A stretch of 64,000 nt of DNA from a virus (lineage: Duplodnaviria; Caudoviricetes). How positions within the stretch are numbered: the stretch's first letter is position 1; each line of letters starts with the position of its first letter. Under the pieces are notes generated by a model, which was not told the DNA's origin, did not search any database, and saw only the letters and a program-made list of their open reading frames with translations. This document shows positions 21,328-31,400 of the stretch, in pieces. Where the stretch lies: positions 201,481 to 265,480 of the IMG/VR virus record IMGVR_UViG_3300031992_000007; one strand, written 5' to 3'. The position numbers were made by a program, and so were the translations under genes.

Positions 21328-21599
21328 TATCGTATCCCCCAATTTTTAACAGGTAAGTGTTGTCTTGGAATAGGACTACTGGGAATATAGAGATCAGAAT
21401 AAATGTACCTACGAAACGCTGATTCGAGATATGAAGCATGTCCGTATCTGACTCGTGGTATCTGTGTTTCCAACGACCCAGACAAAACTCTACGTCTCAG
21501 CTGTGCGTTTTCGACTATATCGAGGATCTTCTGTCCGTCTCTATCGGAGAGTTCTACAAGCTCAGATTCGCCACCATTAACGGCTAATTCTAGTAACAT
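21327..21599 (-). CDS. Hypothetical protein, translationally coupled to the Avd-like gene
   Basis: AGGAGG RBS; stop codon overlaps the next ATG. Confidence 0.6.
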   Translation of the reverse strand: MLLELAVNGGESELVELSDRDGQKILDIVENAQLRRRVLSGSLETQIPRVRYGHASYLESAFRRYIYSDLYIPSSPIPRQHLPVKNWGIR

Positions 21600-21611
21600 G
21601 ATTAACCTCCT

Positions 21612-22223
21612 TCATCTACAAAGGTAGGACAGCATAGCTTCTCTACGCCATGTCCTAAGTCTAACTTCCTTCTTAACCAACTTGAGAAGTACCTTGATAG
21701 CTTTGTTCTTCAGCCTTAAGAACTTCTTTAGGTTATACATCTCATTCAGTGTCTTGTCAGACATGGGACCAGATGCAGCCACAGCTCGTTCATAATACTT
21801 AAAGTACTCTGATGGACGGTATGCATTGGAACCACCAGGGAACGCATGACGTACAACGTATTCGCTACAGCTCGGATCAAATGCATAACTAACAACGTAG
21901 ATCATGTCTTCTGCAATGTAGAAGTACACCTCTTCAACTCTGTTCAGTTCAACAATAAATGCCGGCTTGTCTGACTTATAGACTAGCACATTACCACTTT
22001 CGATCTGATAAACAGTTCTCACCATCCCTGTAGCAGCTCCGAAGTGGGATAGTTCACCTACAAAGTTGTAAAGAGATTTAAGACACGCTCTATGATTGAC
22101 ATATTCCTTCAGTATGTTCTCACGAACTTTCTCACTCTTGACTATCAGTCTGCGTTCATGTCTGGCAGACCAATTCTTGAGGTTCTCGAAGAACGATTTG
22201 TTGTTAAATAACCATTTGAACAT
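21612..22223 (-). CDS. Hypothetical protein
   Basis: 203-aa ORF with AAAGGAG RBS. Confidence 0.65.
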   Translation of the reverse strand: MFKWLFNNKSFFENLKNWSARHERRLIVKSEKVRENILKEYVNHRACLKSLYNFVGELSHFGAATGMVRTVYQIESGNVLVYKSDKPAFIVELNRVEEVYFYIAEDMIYVVSYAFDPSCSEYVVRHAFPGGSNAYRPSEYFKYYERAVAASGPMSDKTLNEMYNLKKFLRLKNKAIKVLLKLVKKEVRLRTWRREAMLSYLCR

Positions 22224-22307
22224 CTTGGATTCTCCTTTCGAAATAGTTGATATAACATCTAAAAAGAAAACAAAAAAGAAATCCCCACTGGATGTGGGGC
22301 TCTTTGA

Positions 22308-22757
22308 TCACACTGTACCTTCCATGTAGTGTGCCAGATAGTCATACGGATCTTCGTGACCCTCGTAGTTCGTCAAACGACATATGCTCCCATCAGACAT
22401 AACTCCTACTGGGAATCCACATTCGTTGATGGCTGCTCGGATTATACGATCGAACTGCTCGACTCTGAGCATCTTTCCTGTATACCCCAGACTATCCAAC
22501 CTCTGTGAGAGGTCAGCCCAGATTTTGCGTACTGCACCGAAGAATTCTCTAGGATTCCTGTCAGTGTAAGCAGCGGTAAATTCCATCGGCGGGAACTGTT
22601 TGTAACCTTCGATGGGTTTAAGGGGTGCTACAGACTCTTCCACGGACTGTGGACGGTGGTATAGCTGTTTAGGGAATGTCACCTTCACCTCTAACCAGCT
22701 TTGTGCCAGTGTGTATGATACACGTGCCGACACCAGATAGTTTGTATTTACATCCAT
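22308..22757 (-). CDS. Hypothetical protein (early-type promoter upstream)
   Basis: Likely start MDVNTN with AGGAG RBS; promoter motif at 22795-22804. Confidence 0.6.
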   Translation of the reverse strand: MDVNTNYLVSARVSYTLAQSWLEVKVTFPKQLYHRPQSVEESVAPLKPIEGYKQFPPMEFTAAYTDRNPREFFGAVRKIWADLSQRLDSLGYTGKMLRVEQFDRIIRAAINECGFPVGVMSDGSICRLTNYEGHEDPYDYLAHYMEGTV

Positions 22758-23012
22758 GTTTCTCCTTGAGTTGGTTGTGGTATTATACATCTAGGTAATG
22801 TATATCTAAGGGGTTTCCATTAACATTTTCGGGAAGGCTGCCCTTTCAGGCGTAAGTTAGAAGATTGGAGATTGGGAATTGAAGAGGGGTGGATAGGGAG
22901 AAGGGGGTAGAAGAATTCCAGAAGTTTGTAGAAGTTTGATACAAAGAACATCTTGGAGATAACCAGTTTAGTCTGAAAGAAGGATAAGTTGATTAATGAA
23001 TAGATATGTGAG

Positions 23013-23038
23013 CCCTACCTGCCCGAAGGCAGGTAGGG
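23013..23038 (-). terminator. Hairpin downstream of the variable fibre gene
   Basis: CCCTACCTGCC-TTCG-GGCAGGTAGGG on the - strand; no clear T-tract. Confidence 0.6.
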
Positions 23039-23093
23039 ACTCTGATCTCTTCTTAGATTGTTCACTTCGTGAAGACGGCTGATCCTATCAGGC

Positions 23094-26000
23094 TTACCCA
23101 ATAGTAATCAGCGGGGAGAGCCTATGTTTATTCCATATGAGGTTCTCAGCCATGCCAATAGGGTACTGTTTGTGTGAATACCCTATAGAACTCATAGTTC
23201 CATTACTAGGAACCTTCTGAGTGTCAGCAGGAGTCTGGGCACTGTTGTAAGACCATATTTCACCTCCGGCGGAGCGGAGCCACCAGTACTGGGCAGCAGT
23301 CGTCGAATCGCTGTACCCATTCGCCAGATGCTGCCCAAGAGTGAGAGAATACTTGATGCGACTGTCATTCAAACTCGTGGCTCCGAACACCGCGAAGTTC
23401 TTATTGCACATCGCCCATTTCTTCAACCCGTACTTGTGGCCTTCCTGGTAGGGAATACCGTACCTGTTCTCATCGGCAACACCGAAGGTAATCCAACGAC
23501 CGTTCGCTTCACCCGACCATTCCTCGTAAACTCCGTTGTTGGCGGCGACGCCGCCAACAATCTGATTCGTCGACATGAGCCAGACCTTATCCACGCTCAC
23601 GGTGCCACCGAGGTTGCCCTCTTTCACACCGGCACGAGGATAGAAGTCGAATGCACCAGTCGTACCGTACAGACCGTTGCGGTTGACTACAGGAACGATC
23701 GCGTTGAGGAAGTCATACGCATCTTGGAGATCCGTCTTGTAGTTCGGGTTGACTTCATAGAGTCCGCACGCGTAAGGTTTGTTGGTACCGATATTGGTAA
23801 CCTCCTCATACCTACCATAGAGATTCCTCTTGAAGTACGTCTTCCCTTCTACAGGAGACATATCTGCAGAACGCTTGTACTGACAATCAATGAACCCGTG
23901 GAGGAAGGACTGTCTGGGTGTACGCTGACGGGTGGTAACTGTGACTCCAGTCGTGGTTCCGGATTTTGTACCCTCGACCAGCACTATTCCACTCGCCCAT
24001 CCCTGATTAGTATCAGCGATGTTCGTTTCGTTAGTGTAGGGCGATTTGTTCTTGATCGCTCCAGTAAGCATGTACGTGCTATTCCCAGCAACACCTTTGT
24101 CAATGTAGACCATCTTGTACATTTCAGCAAGCTGATCGTACTTGAGTCCGTTGTTGACAGAAGGCTGTTCCGTCCACCACTGATCACCCTCGGTGAAGAC
24201 AGGCACCCAGTTCCCGTTTTCATACTTGTACTGCATGACTGGAGATGCGCCGTAATTCCAGTATTTGCTAGGCTGGTTGAGATCCAGCTTCACACCTACA
24301 GGAACACCACCATCGATCTTCGTGTAGACAGGCTGTTTGCCGTTGTGAGCAATACTCCAGTCCTTGATGCTTGTGTTCTTCAGCCAGTGGTTGGAGTCAA
24401 CAGCACCAGATGTAGACGTTTCTGTGAGCCTGACATACCCACCAGAGACGAACTTGTAGTAGACTCTGGAAGTTACGAAGTTGACATCAGCAGTTTCGAC
24501 GTACTCCTTGGATGTATCGAAAGGTCCGTTGAGGTAGCAGCGGACATTCGACTGACACCAAACGTGGTTACCATAGGCAACACGTTCCAGGTTGGGAGTC
24601 TTGTTGAACAACCAGACGCGGAAGTTTCCATTGACGTTCTGGATCGGACCTTCGAAGACATCCGTAGTACGGAAGCAGAAGTTGGATCCCGAACCAGCAC
24701 TGCTAGCGGCACTCTTGGAAGGGCTATATGTGCTCCCAGAAGCCCAGCTCGGGGTAGCTCCGAATATGTCCTTAGTGATAGGAATGTACTCGCCACTAGC
24801 GTCGAGCGCACCCATCGTCCAGACATAGTCATTAGCTGTTTTCTTCTTGGCAACGAAGTATCCCTGACCAGCACGAATAGGAACCAGATCACCGACAGAA
24901 TACGTACCCGCGTAGGTAGCCGACTGAGCCGAAGTGATGGTAACGGATGTTGCAGAGGTGAAGTCCATCTTGATCCACGACGGAGTGTAGTAGCCGCTGA
25001 CGGAAGCATTGTGAGCTACACGTACACGACGATACACGTAGGGATCAGAATAGTCACCAACTGTGGTCTCATTAGAACCGCCACCAAGACGTTCATAGTA
25101 GAAGACACCAGGTTCGGACTTCTGACTTGATCCGCACGCCACCCATGTTGCCAGCCAGTACACTTTACCAGCGACGAACGTCTCATCCTGCGTAGGCATT
25201 TTGAGAAGAGGTTCGAGCGTCGGGTCAGCACCGCACACCTTGGAGAGGTTCATGTTCGGCGTTGTGGATATGCTGTAGTCCCCATCAACGTACTGTTGAC
25301 ACTTAGCCTTGACTTCGGCAGTCGCGTTCCGGTTGCCGAATATGCACGCGTAGATGTTGCGCAGATCGTCAGAGCAGTCGCGCATGTACACACGATACTC
25401 CGTGACGTAGTTCGTCTGCTTACTTGCAGCCGCATCTACTACATGCTTGCTGATAAGGGTTTCAGCAGGAACGAAGTACTTGATCAAGGAACTGTAGCTG
25501 GTACCAAAGATCAGGTCTTTCGTATCCTTTACCTTCCGAACTGGCATGAAGTAATCAGCCAGATGATTCGCACGAGGAGTGCAGGAACCGAGGTTCATCG
25601 TACCATCATCGATACAGTTCGCTCCCTTTCCAGTCCTCCGACAACCCGCACCCCAGGCATCCGTAACAGCTTCCAACGCCTCTGGGTTGTACATGCCGTT
25701 CTTTCCGGTGGGGTTAGTCTTGGAGTAGTACTTGTTTGAACCAGTGGATGCTGAATACAGTGCCTGTATGGCGCAGACCTTAGATGCAGACTCATACACC
25801 GTACCAGATACTGCATCACCAACGACTACAGTTTTCACTGTACCAGTATCGTTGGAGTAGTAGGTCTTGTTGGGCTGATACACAACATCCTTAGTGACGA
25901 TGAAGTCGGCAGAACCCGTAGACCTACGAAGGTCGGAGCATATCACATTGCCACCATACTGAATAGAAGTTCCGCCGGGGACAACACGAGTCGCTTCCAC

Positions 26001-27332
26001 GAACGGATTACGATACACAGTAGTGTACGGGAGTTCGCACTCACAAGGTGCGTTGGTAACAGACCACTTACCCCACGTCAGGCTAGCCACACCGTACGTT
26101 TCGGAACTTGCCGAGCCGTACTCATCATTTTCCCGATTAGCATCGAATACTGTCTCGACGTAATGGTTGTAGGCCTGTTCCTGTGCGTACACTTCTTTGT
26201 GGGGAGTCGTAGCTGTATACTCTGTGGTATTCAGCTTTATACAAGCGAAATAGACTCGGTTCAAATCACGAACGCTATCCCGAGTTGCAGCTCCTGCCCT
26301 CTCGTTGGTATCAAATACGTAACCAACGCCGTAGTGATCCCACCAGGAGTAGAGGTACTTAGACTGAAGAGTCATCGTGAACTTGACCTTCGAGTCATAA
26401 GGCTCGACGTTATCGAAGTCAACAACTTCGAAAGCCATGTCACCATAGTCGCCGTGATACGGGAGAGTGAGGATGGTTCCTATAGGGAAGTAGTCTTCCG
26501 CGATACCATTCTGCACCAGTTCCTTGATACCAGCCCAGTTGAGCAGGCAGTTCTGGTACGCGTAGTACGGAACACCCTTCTTGAACTCACGGAAACCAGC
26601 GTCGCCGATGGTCCAGTTGTCGGTGTTGTTCGGATCAACCAGTTCGTATTTGTACAAACCAGTTTCCGTATCCAGCATTCTGAAGTAGTAGTCACGATAG
26701 ACTGGCTGACCTTCAGTGTCCAGAGTGTACGGATGAGCATCACTCGTGATGATGTAGTTAAAACCAGCAACACGACCGTTCTGATCGTCGTTGGTAATAG
26801 CATCATCGTCAGAGTACGGGAAGAGTTTGAAGTAGTGCTTTCTCGCACTGTTGTCCTGGAGTGTCATGCTGAATGAACCAAATGCAGCATAAGCATTCCT
26901 GGACTCGTTCGTGCAGAGAACAGTACCGTCGTTCACAGTCAGAGGCATGTGACCAACCTGATGGACGAGAACAGTCTTCTTCCAGTGGGTGATTTCAGAG
27001 CCGACGATAACATCATCGGGGTCCTCCCAGGCCATGATGACTCGGAGCTGAGTACCATCGTCGTACATGCTGATACGAATGTTCTTGCAGTTACCCACAG
27101 AGAACCGACCAACATGCAGATCCATCCAGTAATAAAGACCAGTTTCGGAGTCCTGAGCGCACTTGTAGAAGTGTGACTTGACGTAGCCGTCCTGGGAACC
27201 ATCGAGCAGGTAAACTATGCCGAAGTTTTCAGCAGAAGCAGTAGGCAACTGCATGGTCACACGAGGCATGTTCTCCAGATCGAACTCAGTTGGAATCCAC
27301 TCGTGATTCCGGATCGTATCCAATTGTTTCAT
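23094..27332 (-). CDS. 1412-aa tail fibre / receptor-binding protein with a DUF6273/CLec-like C-terminus; target of the cassette arrays
   Basis: FN3-like N-terminal domain, WCQSNVRCYLN, DKVWLMS and YWWLRS motifs; tip region identical to cassette 42218-42377. Confidence 0.85.
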   Translation of the reverse strand: MKQLDTIRNHEWIPTEFDLENMPRVTMQLPTASAENFGIVYLLDGSQDGYVKSHFYKCAQDSETGLYYWMDLHVGRFSVGNCKNIRISMYDDGTQLRVIMAWEDPDDVIVGSEITHWKKTVLVHQVGHMPLTVNDGTVLCTNESRNAYAAFGSFSMTLQDNSARKHYFKLFPYSDDDAITNDDQNGRVAGFNYIITSDAHPYTLDTEGQPVYRDYYFRMLDTETGLYKYELVDPNNTDNWTIGDAGFREFKKGVPYYAYQNCLLNWAGIKELVQNGIAEDYFPIGTILTLPYHGDYGDMAFEVVDFDNVEPYDSKVKFTMTLQSKYLYSWWDHYGVGYVFDTNERAGAATRDSVRDLNRVYFACIKLNTTEYTATTPHKEVYAQEQAYNHYVETVFDANRENDEYGSASSETYGVASLTWGKWSVTNAPCECELPYTTVYRNPFVEATRVVPGGTSIQYGGNVICSDLRRSTGSADFIVTKDVVYQPNKTYYSNDTGTVKTVVVGDAVSGTVYESASKVCAIQALYSASTGSNKYYSKTNPTGKNGMYNPEALEAVTDAWGAGCRRTGKGANCIDDGTMNLGSCTPRANHLADYFMPVRKVKDTKDLIFGTSYSSLIKYFVPAETLISKHVVDAAASKQTNYVTEYRVYMRDCSDDLRNIYACIFGNRNATAEVKAKCQQYVDGDYSISTTPNMNLSKVCGADPTLEPLLKMPTQDETFVAGKVYWLATWVACGSSQKSEPGVFYYERLGGGSNETTVGDYSDPYVYRRVRVAHNASVSGYYTPSWIKMDFTSATSVTITSAQSATYAGTYSVGDLVPIRAGQGYFVAKKKTANDYVWTMGALDASGEYIPITKDIFGATPSWASGSTYSPSKSAASSAGSGSNFCFRTTDVFEGPIQNVNGNFRVWLFNKTPNLERVAYGNHVWCQSNVRCYLNGPFDTSKEYVETADVNFVTSRVYYKFVSGGYVRLTETSTSGAVDSNHWLKNTSIKDWSIAHNGKQPVYTKIDGGVPVGVKLDLNQPSKYWNYGASPVMQYKYENGNWVPVFTEGDQWWTEQPSVNNGLKYDQLAEMYKMVYIDKGVAGNSTYMLTGAIKNKSPYTNETNIADTNQGWASGIVLVEGTKSGTTTGVTVTTRQRTPRQSFLHGFIDCQYKRSADMSPVEGKTYFKRNLYGRYEEVTNIGTNKPYACGLYEVNPNYKTDLQDAYDFLNAIVPVVNRNGLYGTTGAFDFYPRAGVKEGNLGGTVSVDKVWLMSTNQIVGGVAANNGVYEEWSGEANGRWITFGVADENRYGIPYQEGHKYGLKKWAMCNKNFAVFGATSLNDSRIKYSLTLGQHLANGYSDSTTAAQYWWLRSAGGEIWSYNSAQTPADTQKVPSNGTMSSIGYSHKQYPIGMAENLIWNKHRLSPLITIG
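23115..23274 (-). repeat. Expressed variable region: exact 160-bp inverted copy of 42218-42377
   Basis: Base-by-base comparison gives 160/160 identity, from CTCCGCCGGAGGTG to AGGCTCTCC. Confidence 0.97.
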
Positions 27333-27439
27333 TTGACGTCCTTCACTTTTTAAGTTAGGGGATTAAACAAGCATAACATAGAGCTAAGTTGGTTCCATTT
27401 TATGTAAACTTTTATTAAAGGAAAAGGAGCAATCCGCTT

Positions 27440-28408
27440 ATGATCCGACAAATGTACGACCCGTTTAATTCGGTCATGTACGGGTTCGATGACTCCATCA
27501 TCTCCATGATGGTTAGTCAGGCCTGTTACACAAAAGCTGAAGTCGACAGCAAGATCTCCTCTGTATTCAAGATCTGTGGTGAGAAAGCCACTGTTTCTGA
27601 ACTACCTGCCACAGGCTCCATCGGCGATGTGTGGATAATCACTGAGACGCATGACGAATACACCTGGGTAAAAGCTGGCAGGTGGGAACAACTCGGACCA
27701 CTTATCGATACCTCTGCTTTCGCCACTGTTGCTTGGGTTAAGGAATACCTTGGACAGCTTCCTTCTCAATACAACTCCTTTGCAGAATACTTAACAGCTC
27801 TTGCTCAAGGTATTACGTCTGCCAACAACAAAGCCCAGACAGCATTGGATAAAGCCAACGCGGCTGTTACCAACGAGAATTTCGAATCGTTCAAGTCTCA
27901 GAACACTCAGGCTATCAATAATGCCAAGAAGGCTGGAACTGATGCGCAAGCAACAGCTAACACTGCCAAGTCTACAGCGGATGCTGCACTGCCCAAGACT
28001 GAATTCGAAACCTTCAAATCCTCTAACACAACTGCTATCAACGCGGCCAAGAAGAGTGGTGATGATGCAGCTGCTGCTGTCAATAGCTTCAAGGAAGCTC
28101 AGTTAGTCTTCGAGACAACCGTCGCTTCTATAGAGAAACTCGATGGTAGTGTCAAGGTTGTTACTCAGGATGCTGTCTTCAGCAGAAGGAAAACTTACTA
28201 TAAGCTTGTTGAGGAAGAATATGTTCCCCTCGTGCTTGGTACAGACTACCTTCCTACTTTGGCAGTTGCTGACTTCGAAGGAACTGTGTACGAAGATCGT
28301 GGTGTTAGTGTGAACGAGCTGATCGGTAAGATCAATGAACTCGTTGATGCTGGCAACATGCTTATTGCGGCTCACAAACAAGAGGCTGCTGCCAACGAAG
28401 GCGAATAA
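27440..28408 (+). CDS. Fibre-associated protein with Ala-rich coiled-coil repeats
   Basis: Tandem FESFKSQNTQAINNAKKAG / FETFKSSNTTAINAAKKSG repeats; WEQLG motif; TQDAVFSRRKTYY module. Confidence 0.7.
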   Translation: MIRQMYDPFNSVMYGFDDSIISMMVSQACYTKAEVDSKISSVFKICGEKATVSELPATGSIGDVWIITETHDEYTWVKAGRWEQLGPLIDTSAFATVAWVKEYLGQLPSQYNSFAEYLTALAQGITSANNKAQTALDKANAAVTNENFESFKSQNTQAINNAKKAGTDAQATANTAKSTADAALPKTEFETFKSSNTTAINAAKKSGDDAAAAVNSFKEAQLVFETTVASIEKLDGSVKVVTQDAVFSRRKTYYKLVEEEYVPLVLGTDYLPTLAVADFEGTVYEDRGVSVNELIGKINELVDAGNMLIAAHKQEAAANEGE

Positions 28409-28469
28409 ACAAGAGGGTGGGTGTTCGCCACCCACCCTCTAACGTCATTAAAAATTAAAGGAGTTTCTC

Positions 28470-31400
28470 ATGGCACTTGAATTCATGAAGATCCCTGGAC
28501 TCCAGAAGATCCTCACGTCTCTGGACTTTAAGTCCTACCTTATCGGTGTGGACAAACTTCCAGACTATCGAGATGCTAGCTTCTGCACCTACTCCATCAC
28601 GGAGGATGCTGAGGCTAGGTCGGGCAAGATCTATTACAATCGTGTTCCTCAGGCTAAGGGTGGTTACTCGTACGACCCTTGCTCTCATACCAAGCTGAAC
28701 GTCGTTGACCACCTCATGGCTGCGAAGCCCTATGAGATCTGCAAGATCAAACCAGATGCTTTTCTGGTCATTGGTAAGGATGGAGCAGGCGATGGGGCAA
28801 GTACTCTCTTCCACTACTGCACCTTCGATAACAGTGGCAAGCTTGAGACTGTCAGTCTTGATTCGATCGTTATCAGCAATGATAAATACCTGTACTATTA
28901 CAGGGATGTCGAATCCAAGTCTCTCAAGCCCCTTACGTTCATTCAGACCAGTTCTGGTTTGATGATTCGTGCTCGTAGGAACTTCTACGGTAGACCTACA
29001 AGTGGCACGGTTGAACCTGGTGGACTTCCATCTCCTGCAGGTAATACATACTGGTATCTCAATGGTGATAAGTGGACTGCAATACCTAGCTCCACTGTTG
29101 GTTCAGTTGCTACCTACGAAGAGACCAACAACAGGGTTGTCTACCTTCGTGTCAAGACAGATGAAATCAACACACTCAATGCTCTCACTCTCTACAACTG
29201 CGGGTGGTACCTTGGTCACGTTAACAGCGAGACGATCTACAATGTTGACTTGAAGATGGGTGCTCTTACTGAGTACAACATCTCTGCTGGATCTCCCATG
29301 GCTGAAAGAGCTCTCAGCTACACCAACGACACTGTCTTCGTCCGTGATAAGGTCTACTACATCAAGAAGACTGACCTTGTTCTCGACAAGGTTACAGTCC
29401 ACAACACTTCCAGCGAACTGGACGTTTCTATCTACAACGTCAACTGGCTGTTCAGCAACTTCGTAGTGTTGTCCAAGTCTGATCCTGAAATTGGTTATGG
29501 TGGTTATGCTTCAGTAGCTGCATGGAAAGCTGATCATCCTGACTACGAGCTCTACGAAGAGACAACCAACTTCTGGATCCAGCCTGATGGGTTCGTTGGA
29601 ACTCTCACTCGTAACCACGACTGGTACGAGCGTGTAGGTGATCGTTTCCCGTACGCTGGATTTGTGGCTATCGCTACTTCCAAGTACAACGGTCAGCAGA
29701 TCGGTGGTTTCTACCACGCCAAGATGAAGGAGTACCAGCTCACTGAGGATACTGTCCATCACTTCAGGTGGTTGGATGAAGATCACACCCAGGCTGAGTC
29801 CAAGACGTACTACGAGTGGAATGATGCCACTAACGTCTACACTCCCAGGGATGGTAGTCCTGGCAATCTGATCTACCGCGCGGTCGATGGAACAGACTAC
29901 TTCCAGAAACCCATGACTTCTGTGTTCGAGGAAGGCGAAACCTACTACACGTACAGCAGCGGTTCTGGTTACACTGAACTCACTGGTTGGACTCCTGTGG
30001 ATCCTATTCCTGGCAATGTCTTCATTGACAACAGACCGTTCTACTACAGGAACGGTTGGACGATCACTGAAGTTGAGACCAGGTATGGTGTGACTACAGA
30101 CACGACAGTTGTTGCTGGTAAGCAGTACTTCATCTCCACTGGCACCAACTCCTTCAGTCAGATCGGTGTTAGGGAAGACGGTTCCGACTTCTTCACTACC
30201 ACCAACGATGATGTATTCAAGGAAGGTAAGCAGTATTACTACTGCGACAGAGACAATGCCAGTAAGACAGGTCTGCAGAAGTTCACCGCTTTCGATTCCT
30301 CTGCGTACATCGGTAAGTCTATCAACTCTCAGTCGAGGACTATCTACGAACGCAACAAGGATGGTGGCATTCCTACTGAGGTCCAGATCTGTGTCAAGTT
30401 CGACAAGTATGATGGAAGATTCGATGGCATAACCATCCCGAACGATGTTGATGTCGTTGTCGAGTCTTTGAATGGTGAACCTATTCTCCAGGATGCTTAT
30501 TACGAAGCCTGCAAGGGCATGTATGTCTGGGAGCAGTACTTCATCGAACGTGGCACTTCGGTTACCAAGCCCTACAATGTTCAGGCTGTTTACATCGACA
30601 GTGAGTCTAAGGTCACTCTGAACCTGATGTGGACCGATCCTAAGTTCATGCTCCACAAAGACGACCCGACTATGGCTCCTGATGCGTGGGCTAAGACGGA
30701 CGTCGACCTGGAGTACGAGAAGGATGAGAACGGAGCGAAAGTCAAACGAGTCATCCGTCTCGTGTCTGAGGTTGCTACCAACGACGTGTATGCGGACAAC
30801 TTCTTTACTGTAGATGGTGATTCTGCTATCACTTTCGATGGTGCTACCATTAGCAGGAGTGAGTTCTCTACTGCTGTCAAGACTGGTGTTATCAGGATAA
30901 CTGCAACCGCTGTGACTGGTATTACCTCTGAGTATGTAGTTCGTCCTAGCAAGGTTGTGTGGGTCAACTCCACGAAGGGGTTCGTATCCCTTCTTGGTGG
31001 TACGGCTGTTACTGGAGTTCGCTACTACACGATCAACTCCGACGGTAACGAAACCGAACTCGCTGATGTTGTTCCCTATGTGACGGATGTAAGCTCTGAC
31101 AAGATCTACATCAAGTACCAGAAGGAGATCGAGACTTACGTTGATGACGACAATGGCGTCAAACGTATGATCATCATCGGTGACAGTGCTCACAAGGACG
31201 GAACTATCGTGCCAGAGAACGTTGGACTCTTCACTCGTGTTACCGAGAACCCTGAAATAACAGTCAGGGAGATCGTTCGTGCTGGTCTGTTCGACAAACT
31301 CTTCGCTTCTGCTAGTGGTGGGTATAACCTAACTGGCGCTCTGCTTGGACAGGTTCCTCTTACAACAGCTGTAGGTAGCAACCCCGATCTAGCCAATGTA

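Noticed and set aside
22805-23010. Purine-rich intergenic stretch downstream of the target gene as an ncRNA or template
   Set aside because: No anchors, no similarity to the tip and no convincing structure were seen.
23328-25130. Long antisense ORFs (e.g. 23328-25130, 11184-12605, 29511-31193, 45948-47408, 52283-53536, 407-1114)
   Set aside because: They are shadow frames opposite well-supported genes and show no recognisable motifs.
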